Shown: positions 37,158 to 49,804, counted from the first letter of the whole stretch. The stretch is DNA of 62,885 nucleotides, filler included, from Globobulimina sp. (GCA_003354225.1; 39 parts of 39 records of this genome joined end to end with filler, not necessarily neighbours in it), one strand, 5' to 3'. Program-made: numbers and translations. Notes: a model not told the origin generated them from the sequence alone.

Positions 37158-38342
37158 CAAACGGAGCAGGACAAAGTGCAGCGTGTCACACTTGAAAAAC
37201 AACGAAAAGAGAAATGGAAAGCGTTGCTGGTTCAGGCTGGCAATGCAAAGCTCAAATTGCAAGAAAATAAAATTAAATTGCAACAAAAACAGAGTGGGAA
37301 ACATAAAAAAACTGAGCTGTCTGCACGTGTTCGCGAGCAGGAGGTTGGATTAGCGGATGCGTACATTGTCGAAGAAAAGCAATTTTCTTCATTTACATAT
37401 CCTGTACATGACAATGAGAATGTTGGTGCTGTTGACCATGGTTTATCAGTCGAACGCGCCTCATTGCATCGTATGACTAATTCACAGCCAATGCCTGATA
37501 TCGAGGCAGAAAGTCCCGTAAAAGCAGTGTACAAAAAACGAGCCAGCCAAAGCGAGAATGATTATGGCTATGCGCGAGTACATAATGTGTACAAAGAATA
37601 CCGTGAGACCAAGAGCGAGCACTGCAGGGACCCGATGCATTTAGTTTTATTTGCAAAGCATAGAGGTCTGGAAGGGATTACCTTTGCTGTTACAAATAAA
37701 TATTTTGAAGCTCGCGCAAAGTCCAAACCAAAGAGGAAAAGAAAGAAAAAGAAGAAAAAAGTTGTACCAGAGGTGCCTAGTGCGATATTGACGAGCAATA
37801 ATAATGAGAATGCGAATGTGAATGTGAGTCGTAATATAAATAGGTATCGAAGAAGGTCTTCGCAGAAAGTTGATCGATGTATCACGAGTCCTATTATACA
37901 ATCAATAAAAAACGAGAAAGAAATGGATGAAAAGATTAATATTGAATGCAATGGAGATGGTGCAAAGGGTAACCGATCTAGGGATCATTCGCCATATTGG
38001 AGTGCATTGAATATTGATTCCAAGGAATTGGAAGGGAATACATTGAAAATGGAAGAGATTAAAGAAGATTCTATAAATGATGTAATCACTGCAAGTCTTT
38101 ATCAATATGCGAAAGATAATAATGTTATTTTAGAAGATGCGGATACTAATAATCAGAAGAAGAGGGCGCGAAGTAGTTCAGGATCCGGATCCGGATCCGA
38201 CGCAGAAGCAAGTCCAATGACACCAACTCCCGGATCGATCAAAGCCAGTCCAATGACACCAAAAACATCATATTGGAGTGAATTAAATAAAAATGAACTT
38301 GGTTTTGAGTCATTGATAGCTAATAATATCTCGTTAAAATAA
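37158..38342 (+). CDS. Hypothetical low-complexity protein, 5'-partial
   Basis: 388-aa ORF with a coiled coil, poly-Lys stretch and duplicated ASPMTP. Confidence 0.6.
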   Translation, partial: QTEQDKVQRVTLEKQRKEKWKALLVQAGNAKLKLQENKIKLQQKQSGKHKKTELSARVREQEVGLADAYIVEEKQFSSFTYPVHDNENVGAVDHGLSVERASLHRMTNSQPMPDIEAESPVKAVYKKRASQSENDYGYARVHNVYKEYRETKSEHCRDPMHLVLFAKHRGLEGITFAVTNKYFEARAKSKPKRKRKKKKKKVVPEVPSAILTSNNNENANVNVSRNINRYRRRSSQKVDRCITSPIIQSIKNEKEMDEKINIECNGDGAKGNRSRDHSPYWSALNIDSKELEGNTLKMEEIKEDSINDVITASLYQYAKDNNVILEDADTNNQKKRARSSSGSGSGSDAEASPMTPTPGSIKASPMTPKTSYWSELNKNELGFESLIANNISLK

Positions 38343-38772
38343 ATTGTTGGTAGACTGTATAATCTCACAATTGCATATATATATTCTTATTTCATTACAT
38401 TTTTTTACTGTTTTTTTGATTTTTGTTTTTAGTATGTATCATTTTTGTGTTGTAAATGTTTTTATTTTTGTTTTTGATATATGTTTAGTAATAGTATACA
38501 GTGTGTTTTTCAATTGCCAAAGCACCTTTATGTTGGAACGTGGAATGAAGTTTAAAGAGTTTTCACTTTGGGTCAGTTGTACTATGCAACCATGTCGTAG
38601 TTTAAATTCGTTAGCAAACTTAGCAGATACCAACCAGTCTAAATCTACATTTAACAAAACCACATGAACACANNNNNNNNNNNNNNNNNNNNNNNNNNNN
38701 NNNNNNNNNNNNNNNNTTAATTAATTAANNNNNNNNNNNNNNNNNNNNNNNNNNNNNNNNNNNNNNNNNNNN

Positions 38773-39723
38773 GATGCGTCCTGGAATCATTCCCGATCTA
38801 CTCCGGTAGTTGTAAATGGGAAAGTATATGTTCTCAGTGGATTAGGCCATATTGCCTGTATAAATGGTAGTACTGGTGAAATAATCTGGGATTTTAATGC
38901 TTATAAAAAGTTTGAAGGCGAATGGGATATTTGGGGAGCTACGGAATCGCTATTATATCATGACGGTAAAGTTTTTTATACTCCTTGTGGTGAAAAAACG
39001 ACCATGGTTGCTTTAGATGCAAATACAGGTGAAACTATTTGGAGATCAATAAGTCTTCCTGATTCATCTGCCTATACATCGCCAATTATAATAAGATATA
39101 AAGAACAAGATATGATAGTGGCCGTAACTTCAAATTATATCTTCACAGTAAATCCACAAAATGGCGATATAATTTGGACAAAAACCTATTCCGATATTGA
39201 TCCTCCCATAGAGCATCCTGATAACCCATTACAAAACACCAACTCACCATTATATCATGATGGTCAGATATATGTCACCAGCGGTTACAACCATGTTGGT
39301 GTGATGTTTAAACTAAATGAGGATGGAACCGATGCACAACTAATCTGGAAGGATAGCACTTTAGATGTTCATCATGGGGGTGTAGTGCTAGTAAACGGAT
39401 ATATTTATGGAGCTAATTATATACACCGCAGAGATGGGAACTGGTGCTGTATTGATTGGGAAACAGGTGAAACGATGTACGAAAATGAATGGATTTGTAA
39501 AGGTTCTATAATCTCAGCTGACAATAAACTGTACTGTTATGAAGAAAAAAATGGGAATATAGCACTGGTTGAACCAACAACAGACGATTTCAAAATAATT
39601 AGCACATTTCGCCCAACAAATGACAGGTGGCCTCATTGGTCACATATGGTTATACGAAACGGAGTGTTATATGTAAGGCATAAAGATTTATTATACGCTT
39701 TTAATGTGAAAAATAAATATTGA
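38773..39723 (+). CDS. Bacterial PQQ-like beta-propeller (BamB-like) protein, 5'-partial
   Basis: RSTPVV..GKVY, ALDANTGETIW, CIDWETGE, WSH.VI.NG.LY.R; no introns. Confidence 0.85.
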   Translation, partial: DASWNHSRSTPVVVNGKVYVLSGLGHIACINGSTGEIIWDFNAYKKFEGEWDIWGATESLLYHDGKVFYTPCGEKTTMVALDANTGETIWRSISLPDSSAYTSPIIIRYKEQDMIVAVTSNYIFTVNPQNGDIIWTKTYSDIDPPIEHPDNPLQNTNSPLYHDGQIYVTSGYNHVGVMFKLNEDGTDAQLIWKDSTLDVHHGGVVLVNGYIYGANYIHRRDGNWCCIDWETGETMYENEWICKGSIISADNKLYCYEEKNGNIALVEPTTDDFKIISTFRPTNDRWPHWSHMVIRNGVLYVRHKDLLYAFNVKNKY

Positions 39724-39969
39724 AGCCCACTAATACAAAATTATCGGCTTTTTATTGATAATACATAACTAACTGAACAACAGCATAAAGACCAGTGTTC
39801 ATCACCTAATATTGGGTCTTGCAGTATGTATGGCTTTATGGATATTAAACTAAATGTGTTATCTTTAATTTTCGGTAAGGGGTGATAAAGAAATGCGACC
39901 ATAACCCGCACATCTGCATAACCAAGGATCGTCTGCCATTATTAAATGAAGCAATTTTATTTTTAGAAA

Positions 39970-40287
39970 ATGAAGACAATATTTACAATTTTAATTTTGT
40001 TGATGTTAAGTTGTTGTTCTAATGTGGAAAAACAGCTGGTTGTACTTAATTTTGAAACAGATCTAATCCCTGAAGGAATAACCATTGATAAGGAAACAGG
40101 AATTGTATTCCTGAGCAGTTTAAAGAAAAATAAAATCGTAAAATGTATGGTTGATGGCAGTGAATCAGGCAATCTTATTGAAAGCAATCAATATGGTTAT
40201 TTATCCGGATTTGGAATGACAATAAAGGGAGATACATTATTTGCGCTTGGTAATTCCTCTACCAAGAACAATATTTCTATCCTACTT
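39970..40287 (+). CDS. Bacterial lipoprotein, SMP-30/gluconolactonase-like propeller, 3'-partial
   Basis: Lipobox MKTIFTILILLMLSC; DLIPEGITID..G.VFLSS. Confidence 0.65.
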
Positions 40288-40678
40288 NNNNNNNNNNNNN
40301 NNNNNNNNNNNNNNNNNNNNNNNNNNNNNNNTTAATTAATTAANNNNNNNNNNNNNNNNNNNNNNNNNNNNNNNNNNNNNNNNNNNNTATTTGCATATCA
40401 CAATTACCTCGATTATACATAGGTTGAATAATACAGTGGCTGCAACCAAATGTATCATTTCGTTTCAAAATTATTATTCAGCCAGCCATGATGTTTTTTG
40501 TTGTTTTCTTTTGACAGGAGGAGGAGGAGGAGGAGGGTGGAGTGTAAATAAGTAGCGAACTCGCAAGCTCGTCCGCAAAAATATGTAAATTTAGAATAGA
40601 ATATTGAATAAGGTGTTTCTAAGAATAGAAGAAGTCGATAGTGGTCTTAAGGAGTGATCGAACTATCTAAGGATACAA

Positions 40679-40722
40679 TATCTAACGTTTCGACCCCATT
40701 ATGGAGGTCTTCTTCAGAGATA
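40679..40722 (-). ncRNA. Minimal type I hammerhead ribozyme (Penelope/retrozyme style)
   Basis: Minus strand TATCT-CTGAAGA-A-GACCTCCATAATGGGGTC-GAAA-CGTT-AGATA: both core boxes, stem I TATCT/AGATA, stem II GACC/GGTC. Confidence 0.75.
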
Positions 40723-40914
40723 AATTTAAACTAAGTTGATTTGTGAAAAAATCAGCTCAGAAAACTTCTAAGCACAAAAACAATCTATAAAACAAAAATA
40801 ATATGATAAAATGAATGAAAATGGTTGGCAAACAATATATAATCAAAAATAATAAACCATAAATTACACCTAATCAATCATCTGATCATTGTGAATGAAG
40901 GAAAAGGGAGAAAA

Positions 40915-40987
40915 ATGTATACAAAACATAACTGAGCGCATTTGTAAGTAAAGTCAGTATGTATACAAAACATAACTGAGCGCATTT
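40915..40987. repeat. Exact 29-bp direct repeat (40915-40943, 40959-40987)
   Basis: atgtatacaaaacataactgagcgcattt occurs twice, 44 bp apart. Confidence 0.9.
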
Positions 40988-41063
40988 TTAATCGTCAAAC
41001 TGATTAATTAAAAACAAGATATATGTAATTTTGAAAAAGAAAGACAACATATATGTAATTTTT

Positions 41064-41852
41064 TTATTTTTCCGTTCGGAAGCGAGTAATATCATATTGC
41101 AGATTTTCATCAATTTCCAATTTGACGAGATGTCGTACGAAGCGAATTTGTCTTTGGTATTTTCGATTGTCTTTCAATATTTGTTGATAAATGGGATCAT
41201 TGAATCTGGAATTATGATGTTTGAGTCTTCTGACATCTTCCGAGCGTTGGCACAACGGATTTGGCTGCATATATACAGTATGGATGAGTCACTTATGTGG
41301 TGTATATAGCAAACGGATGTGTTGATGGTAGGCAGTGCGAGCATGACTGGCATGGACTGTGTGATGGCATACATGTTGAGGCTGAGATTGATATTGCTCG
41401 ATTAAAGATTGTAATTGCTTTTGTAAACAATTTGAAATGATCGTTAATTTGGCATTTTCGTCATCGACTTGTTTTAAGGTTTGATCATTTTGCAAATAAA
41501 TCGAATGCATCGTTGCAATTTCTTGATATAACTTCTGTTTTCTTTGTAAACCATTCTCCAAATCTTTAGTTGTTTGGTGTTCTTTTAAAATATACATTTG
41601 TTTCTTTAATGCGGTTGCTTTGTCCTTCAATGCATGCAATTTCAAATCGTAATGTTCATGTAATTGTTTTAAACTTTTTGTTCCCAGTTCTTCCGTTTTT
41701 GTTTCTCTTTCAAGCTGGCGAAACAAATTTGCAATTCGCATGTTTGTGATGTCATCACCCTCGTCGGCCATCATCATCATAGATTGTATTTCTTCATGCT
41801 GCATCGGGTGGTGATGTTGAAGCATATTGCAGCCTCTGACCTGTTGCAACAT
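41064..41852 (-). CDS. Hypothetical coiled-coil protein; intron 41265-41372
   Basis: A phase-0 GT-AG intron joins ORFs 41289..41852 and 41064..41270; Gln/Lys/Leu heptads. Confidence 0.6.
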
Positions 41853-42002
41853 ACTTGGAGTCAGTTAGAGAGCGATAAAAGTATTTTGTTGCTTTTTTTT
41901 TTNNNNNNNNNNNNNNNNNNNNNNNNNNNNNNNNNNNNNNNNNNNNTTAATTAATTAANNNNNNNNNNNNNNNNNNNNNNNNNNNNNNNNNNNNNNNNNN
42001 NN

Positions 42003-42421
42003 TTGAGAAAAAAGATTTTTCCATCAATAAAAGCCTTGAACGACGCTATGGATCGTTATTATATTATGGTGGAAGAGAATCATTAATTGGAACAGAAACA
42101 ACATATTCAAAATGGGATAATGGTTATGGTGCGATTCATGCTTTTGGTGAGGTTGAATGTGAAGAGTTGCCATATTATTGTAAAGGAGATTGGATATCAT
42201 TTTTAATTCGCAAACATAAATATGAGAGATGTTTGTTGTCAATATATAAGAACGGACAATTGGTGTATAAGACAGATGAATTACCATTTTATAATGTATC
42301 GCAACAAGAGGAGGAGGAAAATATAAATCAGCTGTATTTTATGTGTACAGTGGATGATGAGATAGATGCTGTTTATATCGAACAAGCAATGTATGATGGA
42401 ATGATTCCGACTTTAAAATAA
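42003..42421 (+). CDS. C-terminal fragment, possible SPRY-like domain
   Basis: KGDWISFLI...LSIYKNGQL resembles SPRY/B30.2 strands. Confidence 0.35.
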
Positions 42422-42670
42422 CCAAAACTTGATTAAGATATTTAAATTGTAGCAACATAAAACTGATTATCTGTTATTATAATTCTGTTTATTTACTTCG
42501 AAAAAATCAGGAAAATGTGTTTTTTAAATACCATTATTTTAACTTAGTGGTCGGATTTTAGTGATTTGGTTGGCAAAAACGCGCTTCTATTTAAACAGGA
42601 ACAATACGGTTATGGCAAAATTCGGTTAATTTGTATTATAACAATCCTTATTCATCATGCAATGTGTCTA

Positions 42671-43517
42671 TCAATTTTGTGGTACATAAGGAAATGGGTA
42701 ACCGAGCGTCTCCTCATACAACAGAGATGCTTGAAGTTCTTCGTGGAATTTGAAATTGAGTTTTTGGCAAAGATCATCAGCATCACCGCAAATTATATTT
42801 AAATCCAACCAAAATTGCACAAAATATGTATTCATTGCAATTTCAAACCAATCCAATTTAATATTTTTTACCATTTTGTGGCTTCGAACAATACATCGAT
42901 CCCTTGCTTTTTTGGTTGGTGGATAATCATCAACGAATTCAATCAAATATAACATATTCGGCCTATGCTGTATAAAATATTTTGTTCTTCTATTACTTAA
43001 TTTATTTGTATTAATTGCAAATTTTTGATGTATTTGATTGATTCCATTCAATCCATACTCACGTTTCCAATAAATTGCGTTTATTAACGATTCAAATGTG
43101 CCCATTTCTGTATTGAATGAATCAACATTCCATTTAATTTCATTCTCATTTATATCTCGGTTCTTATTATCTTCATCGTTGTACCAAATATAGACATCTT
43201 TGCGTAAATGTGTCAATATTTTTTCATAAATATTAATATTATTGACAGAGTATAAAAAACAGGCAATATTTGATTGTAAACCACTCCATCTTTGTGGCGG
43301 TGCGGATGGCAATGGATAATTAAATATAACATCCATGTTATTACTCAATATCACCATGTTGTATTTTAATAAAAGCAGTTTGTCATAATTTGACAATGGA
43401 TATATTTTTTTAAATGCATAGGCTCTGTGAAATGTGTCACGAAATTGTTTATGGTTTGCATTATTAATAATGCATCATCAATTTCACTCGAGTCAAATGG
43501 TATTATTTTGAGGTTTG
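42671..43517 (-). CDS. Divergent GT8-like domain lacking DxD, 5'-partial
   Basis: YDKLLLLKYNMVILSNNMDVIFNYPLPSA aligns by eye with FDKILYLDTDVGIMHYNGIDEVFEHPTPSA of the GT8 at 16314-17676. Confidence 0.55.
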
Positions 43518-43617
43518 NNNNNNNNNNNNNNNNNNNNNNNNNNNNNNNNNNNNNNNNNNNNTTAATTAATTAANNNNNNNNNNNNNNNNNNNNNNNNNNN
43601 NNNNNNNNNNNNNNNNN

Positions 43618-43843
43618 TGGATCTACTTTTAATTACTTGGCGAATACCATATGAAACCATGATTGAACCTGGAGACATACCACCAATTGCTATGCGATTT
43701 GATGGGTCTACCGACGCCATCAATGGCTTGATTAATAATTCGTCATTTTGTAATGGATTTAATGGTGTTGTGATCAGTTCAAATGTTTCATCTGTAATAA
43801 GTTTATTGGGTGGTTTGGTAATGCGGAGAGACTGCGATAACAT
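43618..43843 (-). CDS. NADP-dependent alkenal/prostaglandin reductase family (MDR) N-terminus, 3'-partial
   Basis: TFEL...L.PLQNDELLIK.L..SVDP..R.....G..M...G..QVIKS. Confidence 0.8.
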
Positions 43844-44270
43844 TCGGAAAAATGCTCCAAAAACAAGGTTATTTTTCTAACTTTTTATACTATCACAAAC
43901 ACAATTAATTATCTAACTTTTTACAATATCACAAACACTCCACAACAGCTGGTTTAATTATCAAATTGGCACACAATTAATGAAATAAATTGAGAGAGAG
44001 TAAACACACTGAAAGACCAGTATTTATTCGTGTTGATATGTCAAGATACATTGCGTTGGCATACAATAAATAATACAAAACACATAATTATAACCAACCA
44101 ATTCATGCATATGCAACATGTACAAATAAATATAGTCTCAGAGCCGAAATATACCAAAAAGAAGCATTGTAAACATGACATAATTATATATATATATTAT
44201 AAATAATAAATATAAAAAAACACATAAACATTTTAGCATATTTGGTCACACATTTATACACTGATAAATA

Positions 44271-44968
44271 TCACATCTTTTTATAAAATGGAAAGTTCCT
44301 TAACCTACGTTGTTGTTTTTGTGATTGTTCTTTTTGAGCCAGAGCTTTTTTATTAATTTGTTCTCGATAATGATCAAAATACATTTTGAACCATTTATGT
44401 CTTAACACATCATTTGAGCTCAATCTTTCTTCCTGGCTCACATTCAATAATCCCATCAATAAATCCATCGAATTGGCATCGAATTTATCCATATCATGCA
44501 CAGAAATGTACGTCGCCAATTTATTATTATGCAACGACCAATATCCATTATTAAACAATTCGATATTACGTGATTGCAATGCTTTGTATTGCCAGATTTC
44601 CATCGGTTTATATAACCGTTTTGCAGTTAAACATTCATATAAAATAATTCCCAACGACCACCTATATGAAAAATATCACATTTTCCGATGTAAAAACGTA
44701 TAAAAAACATCACTTAACATGTCAGCGGACGGTGCGTTATATACAGCATCAGAATATACTTCGGGTGCAGAATATGGCTCATTTTCTAAGGATAAACGTT
44801 GTTTATTACAGCTGAATGATGAGGTATTAATGTGGAAGAATTCAGAAACGCCAAAATCGATCAATTTTATACAAATGGCTGGGTTTACTTTGTAATAATC
44901 ATCTTTGCCGAGTATAAATTCGCAGTTTGCCAACATTATATTTTCCAAACATAGGTCCAAATGGCAAC
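44271..44968 (-). CDS. Ser/Thr protein kinase C-lobe (non-RD, HLDLCLEN); intron 44662-44718; upstream exons missing
   Basis: CHLDLCLENIML, IKLIDFG, YSAPE, ADM|WSLGIILYE, ERLS..VLRHKWF. Confidence 0.88.
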
Positions 44969-46146
44969 CTGTTAAAAATTATACGTTTTTTTCTAAGACA
45001 ATCTATCTACGCACAATTACCGCAAATTAACGCAGCAACTCTGAAATCTGTACGTTTATGCGATAAGTACATACATTTTGGATGCAATTCAGATTAAAAA
45101 TTCTGAAAATATGTCAAAATTAAATAGACAANNNNNNNNNNNNNNNNNNNNNNNNNNNNNNNNNNNNNNNNNNNNTTAATTAATTAANNNNNNNNNNNNN
45201 NNNNNNNNNNNNNNNNNNNNNNNNNNNNNNNATGGATTTACGACTTTAGTGTTTTTCTATATATATACTAGTCTACTATTACAATCGAAAAATGGATTTA
45301 TGGATTTCGTGGTAAAAATCCTCTTTCGTTATAACAAACGACCCGTTGCCCAGTAAACAATGTGATTTTTCATATACAAAACGTTTTTTGATTTAATTTA
45401 ATTTGTAACAAATCAATTATTATTATATACAAACATAACAAATCAAATCAAATAAATATATAAACCCAACACACTCAGCACACAATAAAAAACCAGGATT
45501 GTAAATCAACACAAAGCAAATTATTAACCCCCTCGGGTTTGTAACCAGGATTGTATATGAGGCCAAAAACTGTGTTTTCGGAAACGTTACTCATCTTCGA
45601 CAACGAAAAAGTTGCATATGAATAATATACTATTAATGGAATCGATGGATTTGAACAACATGCACCAAATAAGTGAATCATTTGTTGGCATACATTTTTG
45701 ATTGTTAGTGTTGAATTTAACGGGTTTAATCAGATGAAGCAGATTTAGTTTTGGTCGAAAGGACAACAACTCATTAGACTTTATGTTTTAAAATTTCTTT
45801 TTCAATCCAGTCAAATTAACCTCAGGTTTTATGATTATAATAGGCATTTTTGCTTTATAAAAATCTATTTTCTGTTAAAAACAGATTTTTACGATAAAGC
45901 AAGAATGCATATTGTGTGTTTCGGTATTTACTAATTATTATAGCCTTAATTTATAAATGAAACATGGATCTATTGCGTATGTCAAACACCGCGGACCTAA
46001 ATACAAAGTTTAAATAAATACAAGACTTAAAGTTGTACGTTAAAAATCAAACGAAATAATACAAAAATATTGCACACTGCACAGGAAAAGAAATATTATA
46101 TGATACAAATACAATTTGTTTTGCAGTAAATACAATATATATATAT

Positions 46147-46745
46147 TTATTGATTACCGTGTAGTTTTTTCAATGCATTCTCATTTAAACTAATTCGAAC
46201 ATGAAGCAATGCCGCATATATTTTCTTTGCGGATATTTCTTTAATTTCAAATGAATCAATAACTTCTGACATATCCTCCATAGAATTAAAATCTTCGCCA
46301 GTTATCTCCTGCTCCGATATAGCTCCAATCACTTTTCTTTCAATCAATTTACTTAAATTTAAACTGCAAATCCATTCTTGCAATTCTTTACAGCTCCATT
46401 CATTTATATGTTTACTTTGCCACACAAACACAATTTTAGTTTGTTTTGATTTTGCCACAGTAGATGATGGTGGAACTGGTGATACATCATTGTCATTCTC
46501 ATTATCGTTTACTTGTTTTTGTTTAACTTTTTTAAATTCTCGAAATACTTTATTTGCTAACATTGGTTGTTTAATATTTAATGCTTTTGCAAACTCTTTG
46601 AAATGTTTAACAGCAAACAAATCCCTTCCAATACACCCAGTCGATTCAATGGCTTTTGTCATTATTTCTTCCCATTTCGTTTCCAAACCAATGGTTTTTA
46701 TCCAAGCTAATAAATCTTTATTTGTCCAATTTTTTACATGTTTGG
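46147..46745 (-). CDS. Tandem SAM-domain protein fragment
   Basis: Two units, VKNWTNKDLLAWI..IGL..IGRDL and INEWSCKELQEWI..LNL..EITGEDF. Confidence 0.7.
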
Positions 46746-46845
46746 NNNNNNNNNNNNNNNNNNNNNNNNNNNNNNNNNNNNNNNNNNNNTTAATTAATTA
46801 ANNNNNNNNNNNNNNNNNNNNNNNNNNNNNNNNNNNNNNNNNNNN

Positions 46846-47945
46846 TCATATCGTTCATCATCTTTCCACTCATCACTTCTAATATATGTGTAAGTCTCCG
46901 AATTAGTGGGATTTTCAGCTTCTAATTGGCCATCCTCTGCTTCAGGTATTTCTGATGTCTGTGCGGTTGTTGGTGTTTCTGTTCTTGTTTTTTTTCATTG
47001 GAGGACGAGTGGGACTTGGTTGTGGAGGCACCCCCATGCGCGATTTTCTGCTAAAGTAATCCATGATCTGTTTCTCTTTCAAGTATTCATCACTTCTAAA
47101 CCTTAAACCTAAAAAAATATCTTTGATTAAGTTTTCTTTTTCTAGTGACACAAATAGTCTGCTCATACGATTTTATCGACACATATGGGCTATATAAAAT
47201 TTCGAAATAGTTAATCTCAAAATTCTATAATTTAAATTTTTCAAATAGTTTTTTGTAATTCGTGTGATCTTCGAAATTATTTTTCATATTTTCCCCATGA
47301 ATACAAATGTCCCATATATTGCAATTTTTACATTATATGACATTTTTATGATTATGCTAGTACGTCAAGCAATTATTGTTGAAAATATAATTTAATTTAA
47401 TTACCACCATCGGAAGTTCTACTTTTTTTCATTTCTTTTACCAGATCACTTGCCTTGCTCTTCAACCTTGTACTCTCGCCTTTATCAAATGCATCGTTGA
47501 GGAAAGCCAGCTGATTTTTATTAAATCTAACATTTGTCACAGGCCCTTTCAAGGCCCAGCCTTGTGGTAAAGGGTCCTGTCTGGCATTGCAACGGCTGTC
47601 ACGAACTTGGTTTACTTGAAGCTCTTCTTGGACCTGTTGTATTTGCGGATTTGTATGCAATTCTTCCAACTTTTGCAAGTACATGCCTTGAGCAACATCT
47701 TGCATAGTTTCTCTATCAGGACTGTATGCATGTTTGCCACTTGTCAGATGTCGCTCAAGATTGCCATAAAACTGATACTGCTTTTTGCATCCATCTTCTG
47801 GGCAGTTGTAAAGAGTTTTTTCATTCTTTTCTTCTTCATTTCGCTCAGAATCATCATCTAACTGCTCTTCATCGTCTGGATCCAATGTTCGTTCTTCAGT
47901 TTCATGCTCAGCTGCAGATCGTTGTCCATCAGTTGGGTAAAACAT
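46846..47945 (-). CDS. C2H2 zinc finger + homeodomain-like protein fragment, probably transposon-associated; intron 47109-47404
   Basis: CPEDGCKKQY....LERHL...H; GWALK; RFNKNQLAFLNDAFDKG..|..LKEKQIMDYFSR. There is a probable homopolymer frameshift near 46990. Confidence 0.6.
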
Positions 47946-48475
47946 TGTTCCAATTTTTTTCCAGTATGAATAATAATAGGAAAAATTAATTCAGCGTGTG
48001 CTCCAAAATAACAAAGCCTAAAAATTGTACACTGTCATGGTCATGGAAACTTTTCTCGTTATAACATATATCAAAATGCAATAGCAATTTATTCCTGATA
48101 AATAGGCACAAACAGTTTTGTAGAATAATGTGCATTTTAAACAAACAAATCTTCTGGTTCGTATCTGACATCGGAAATAATGTCAGGCAACTTTCAATTC
48201 AATGTTGACAATACAGTAGTGTTTACAATCAGCTTTACTGACTAAATAATGCGAGTCTGAAATGATAATTTTCGCAAAAACTAGTTAACAACGTACTTAA
48301 AAATGGATCACAGATTCGATTCCGGCGTCGAAAGTTAGGTCAGGAAACTTATAGTTTCCNNNNNNNNNNNNNNNNNNNNNNNNNNNNNNNNNNNNNNNNN
48401 NNNTTAATTAATTAANNNNNNNNNNNNNNNNNNNNNNNNNNNNNNNNNNNNNNNNNNNNAATATTGTCATTAAAA

Positions 48476-49800
48476 ATGCTGAGTTGGTTGCTTGCCTTGT
48501 GTTTATGGCTTTGCTGCGTCATTCCTATTTATTACACATCCGAACAACTAATATTGACATTAATATTATCAACACTTTTGTTTTTTATTACGATATATTT
48601 GTATCGTTTTGATAAACCAACTCTATACACTCAAATTCATGCATATCCACATAAATATATTGCACCGTTTTTATCATTTGCAGTTTCATACAATCCCACA
48701 CCATGGCTATTTAATAGATATTTGGAAACCTATATTCCAGATTTCATCAAAGTACCATTGCCATTTGCAACAAATCAAGAAATAATTAATGTGAAAACAA
48801 CAGATAAATATAAATATCTCGATGGACAATGTTCAATAACATGGACACCGCTCACTTGTAAACACCGCAAATATCCGCAAACATCGCCAATATTAATTAT
48901 TGTGCCGGGTTTGACCGGTGATATAAATGCAACATATTGTCGAAGAATGATGATTGCCGCTCATCACAGTGGTTGGCAAGCTGCCATATTCAACCCCAGG
49001 TATCACTTTACATGCAATTAATTGAATTCACATATTTGTAATTGTTTGCCTTATTTGCATAGAGGTCGCGGCGGAGTAAAATTCAAATCTCCACAAGCAT
49101 ACTCTGTCGGTTACACAGAAGATTTGAGACAAACAATCATTTATATTCACAATAAATATCCAAATAGAATGTTATTTGGTGTTGGATATAGTTTAGGTGC
49201 TAATTATTTAGGTGAGCTCTATATTAATCACGGAATCTGCATGTAACTCAAATGTGTAATGTGTATGATTTATGTTGATTTTTCATGTTTGAATCAGTAA
49301 TTTCATGAATCATACAAAATTACACATTTGTTGGCACATTTTGATGCATTTTCATGTACATTACGTTATTTTGATAGCGAAATACATGGGCGAAGAAAGC
49401 AGAAAGTCATTGTTGAATGGCGTAGTATGCTGTGCGTGTCCAACGGATCCAATTGTTTGTAATGTTGCATTAAAACGGCAACCATTAATGGATAGAGCAT
49501 TGGCATGGTTGATAAAAAAAGTTTTATTGTCAGATGAAGCATTTCCAATGTTTAAGAGTCGACCGATTATTCAATGTCAAAAAGCTATAAGTTGCACAAC
49601 ATTGCGACAATTTGATCATTATATAATTGCACCACAATTTGGCTTTAGATCTTGCACTGAGTATTATAGAAAATCTGGTGCAGGATATACGTTAATGGAT
49701 ATTGCGAAACCTACTTTATTTTTGTATTGCAAAAATGATATAACTATACCAATTGACGTGTTTTGTCCTGCGGATTACGATGGCAATCCATATTTATGTG
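48476..49800 (+). CDS. ABHD1/3 (YheT-family) alpha/beta hydrolase, 3 exons, C-terminus lost at a junction
   Basis: IIVPGLTG, FNPR|GRGG, YTEDL, nucleophile GYSLGAN, AKYMGEE, LRQFD..IAP.FGF....YY. Confidence 0.9.
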
Positions 49801-49804
49801 CGGA

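Noticed and set aside
40915-40987. Two-repeat mini-CRISPR
   Set aside because: Only two copies with a 15-bp gap in a eukaryotic 3' flank; a simple local duplication.
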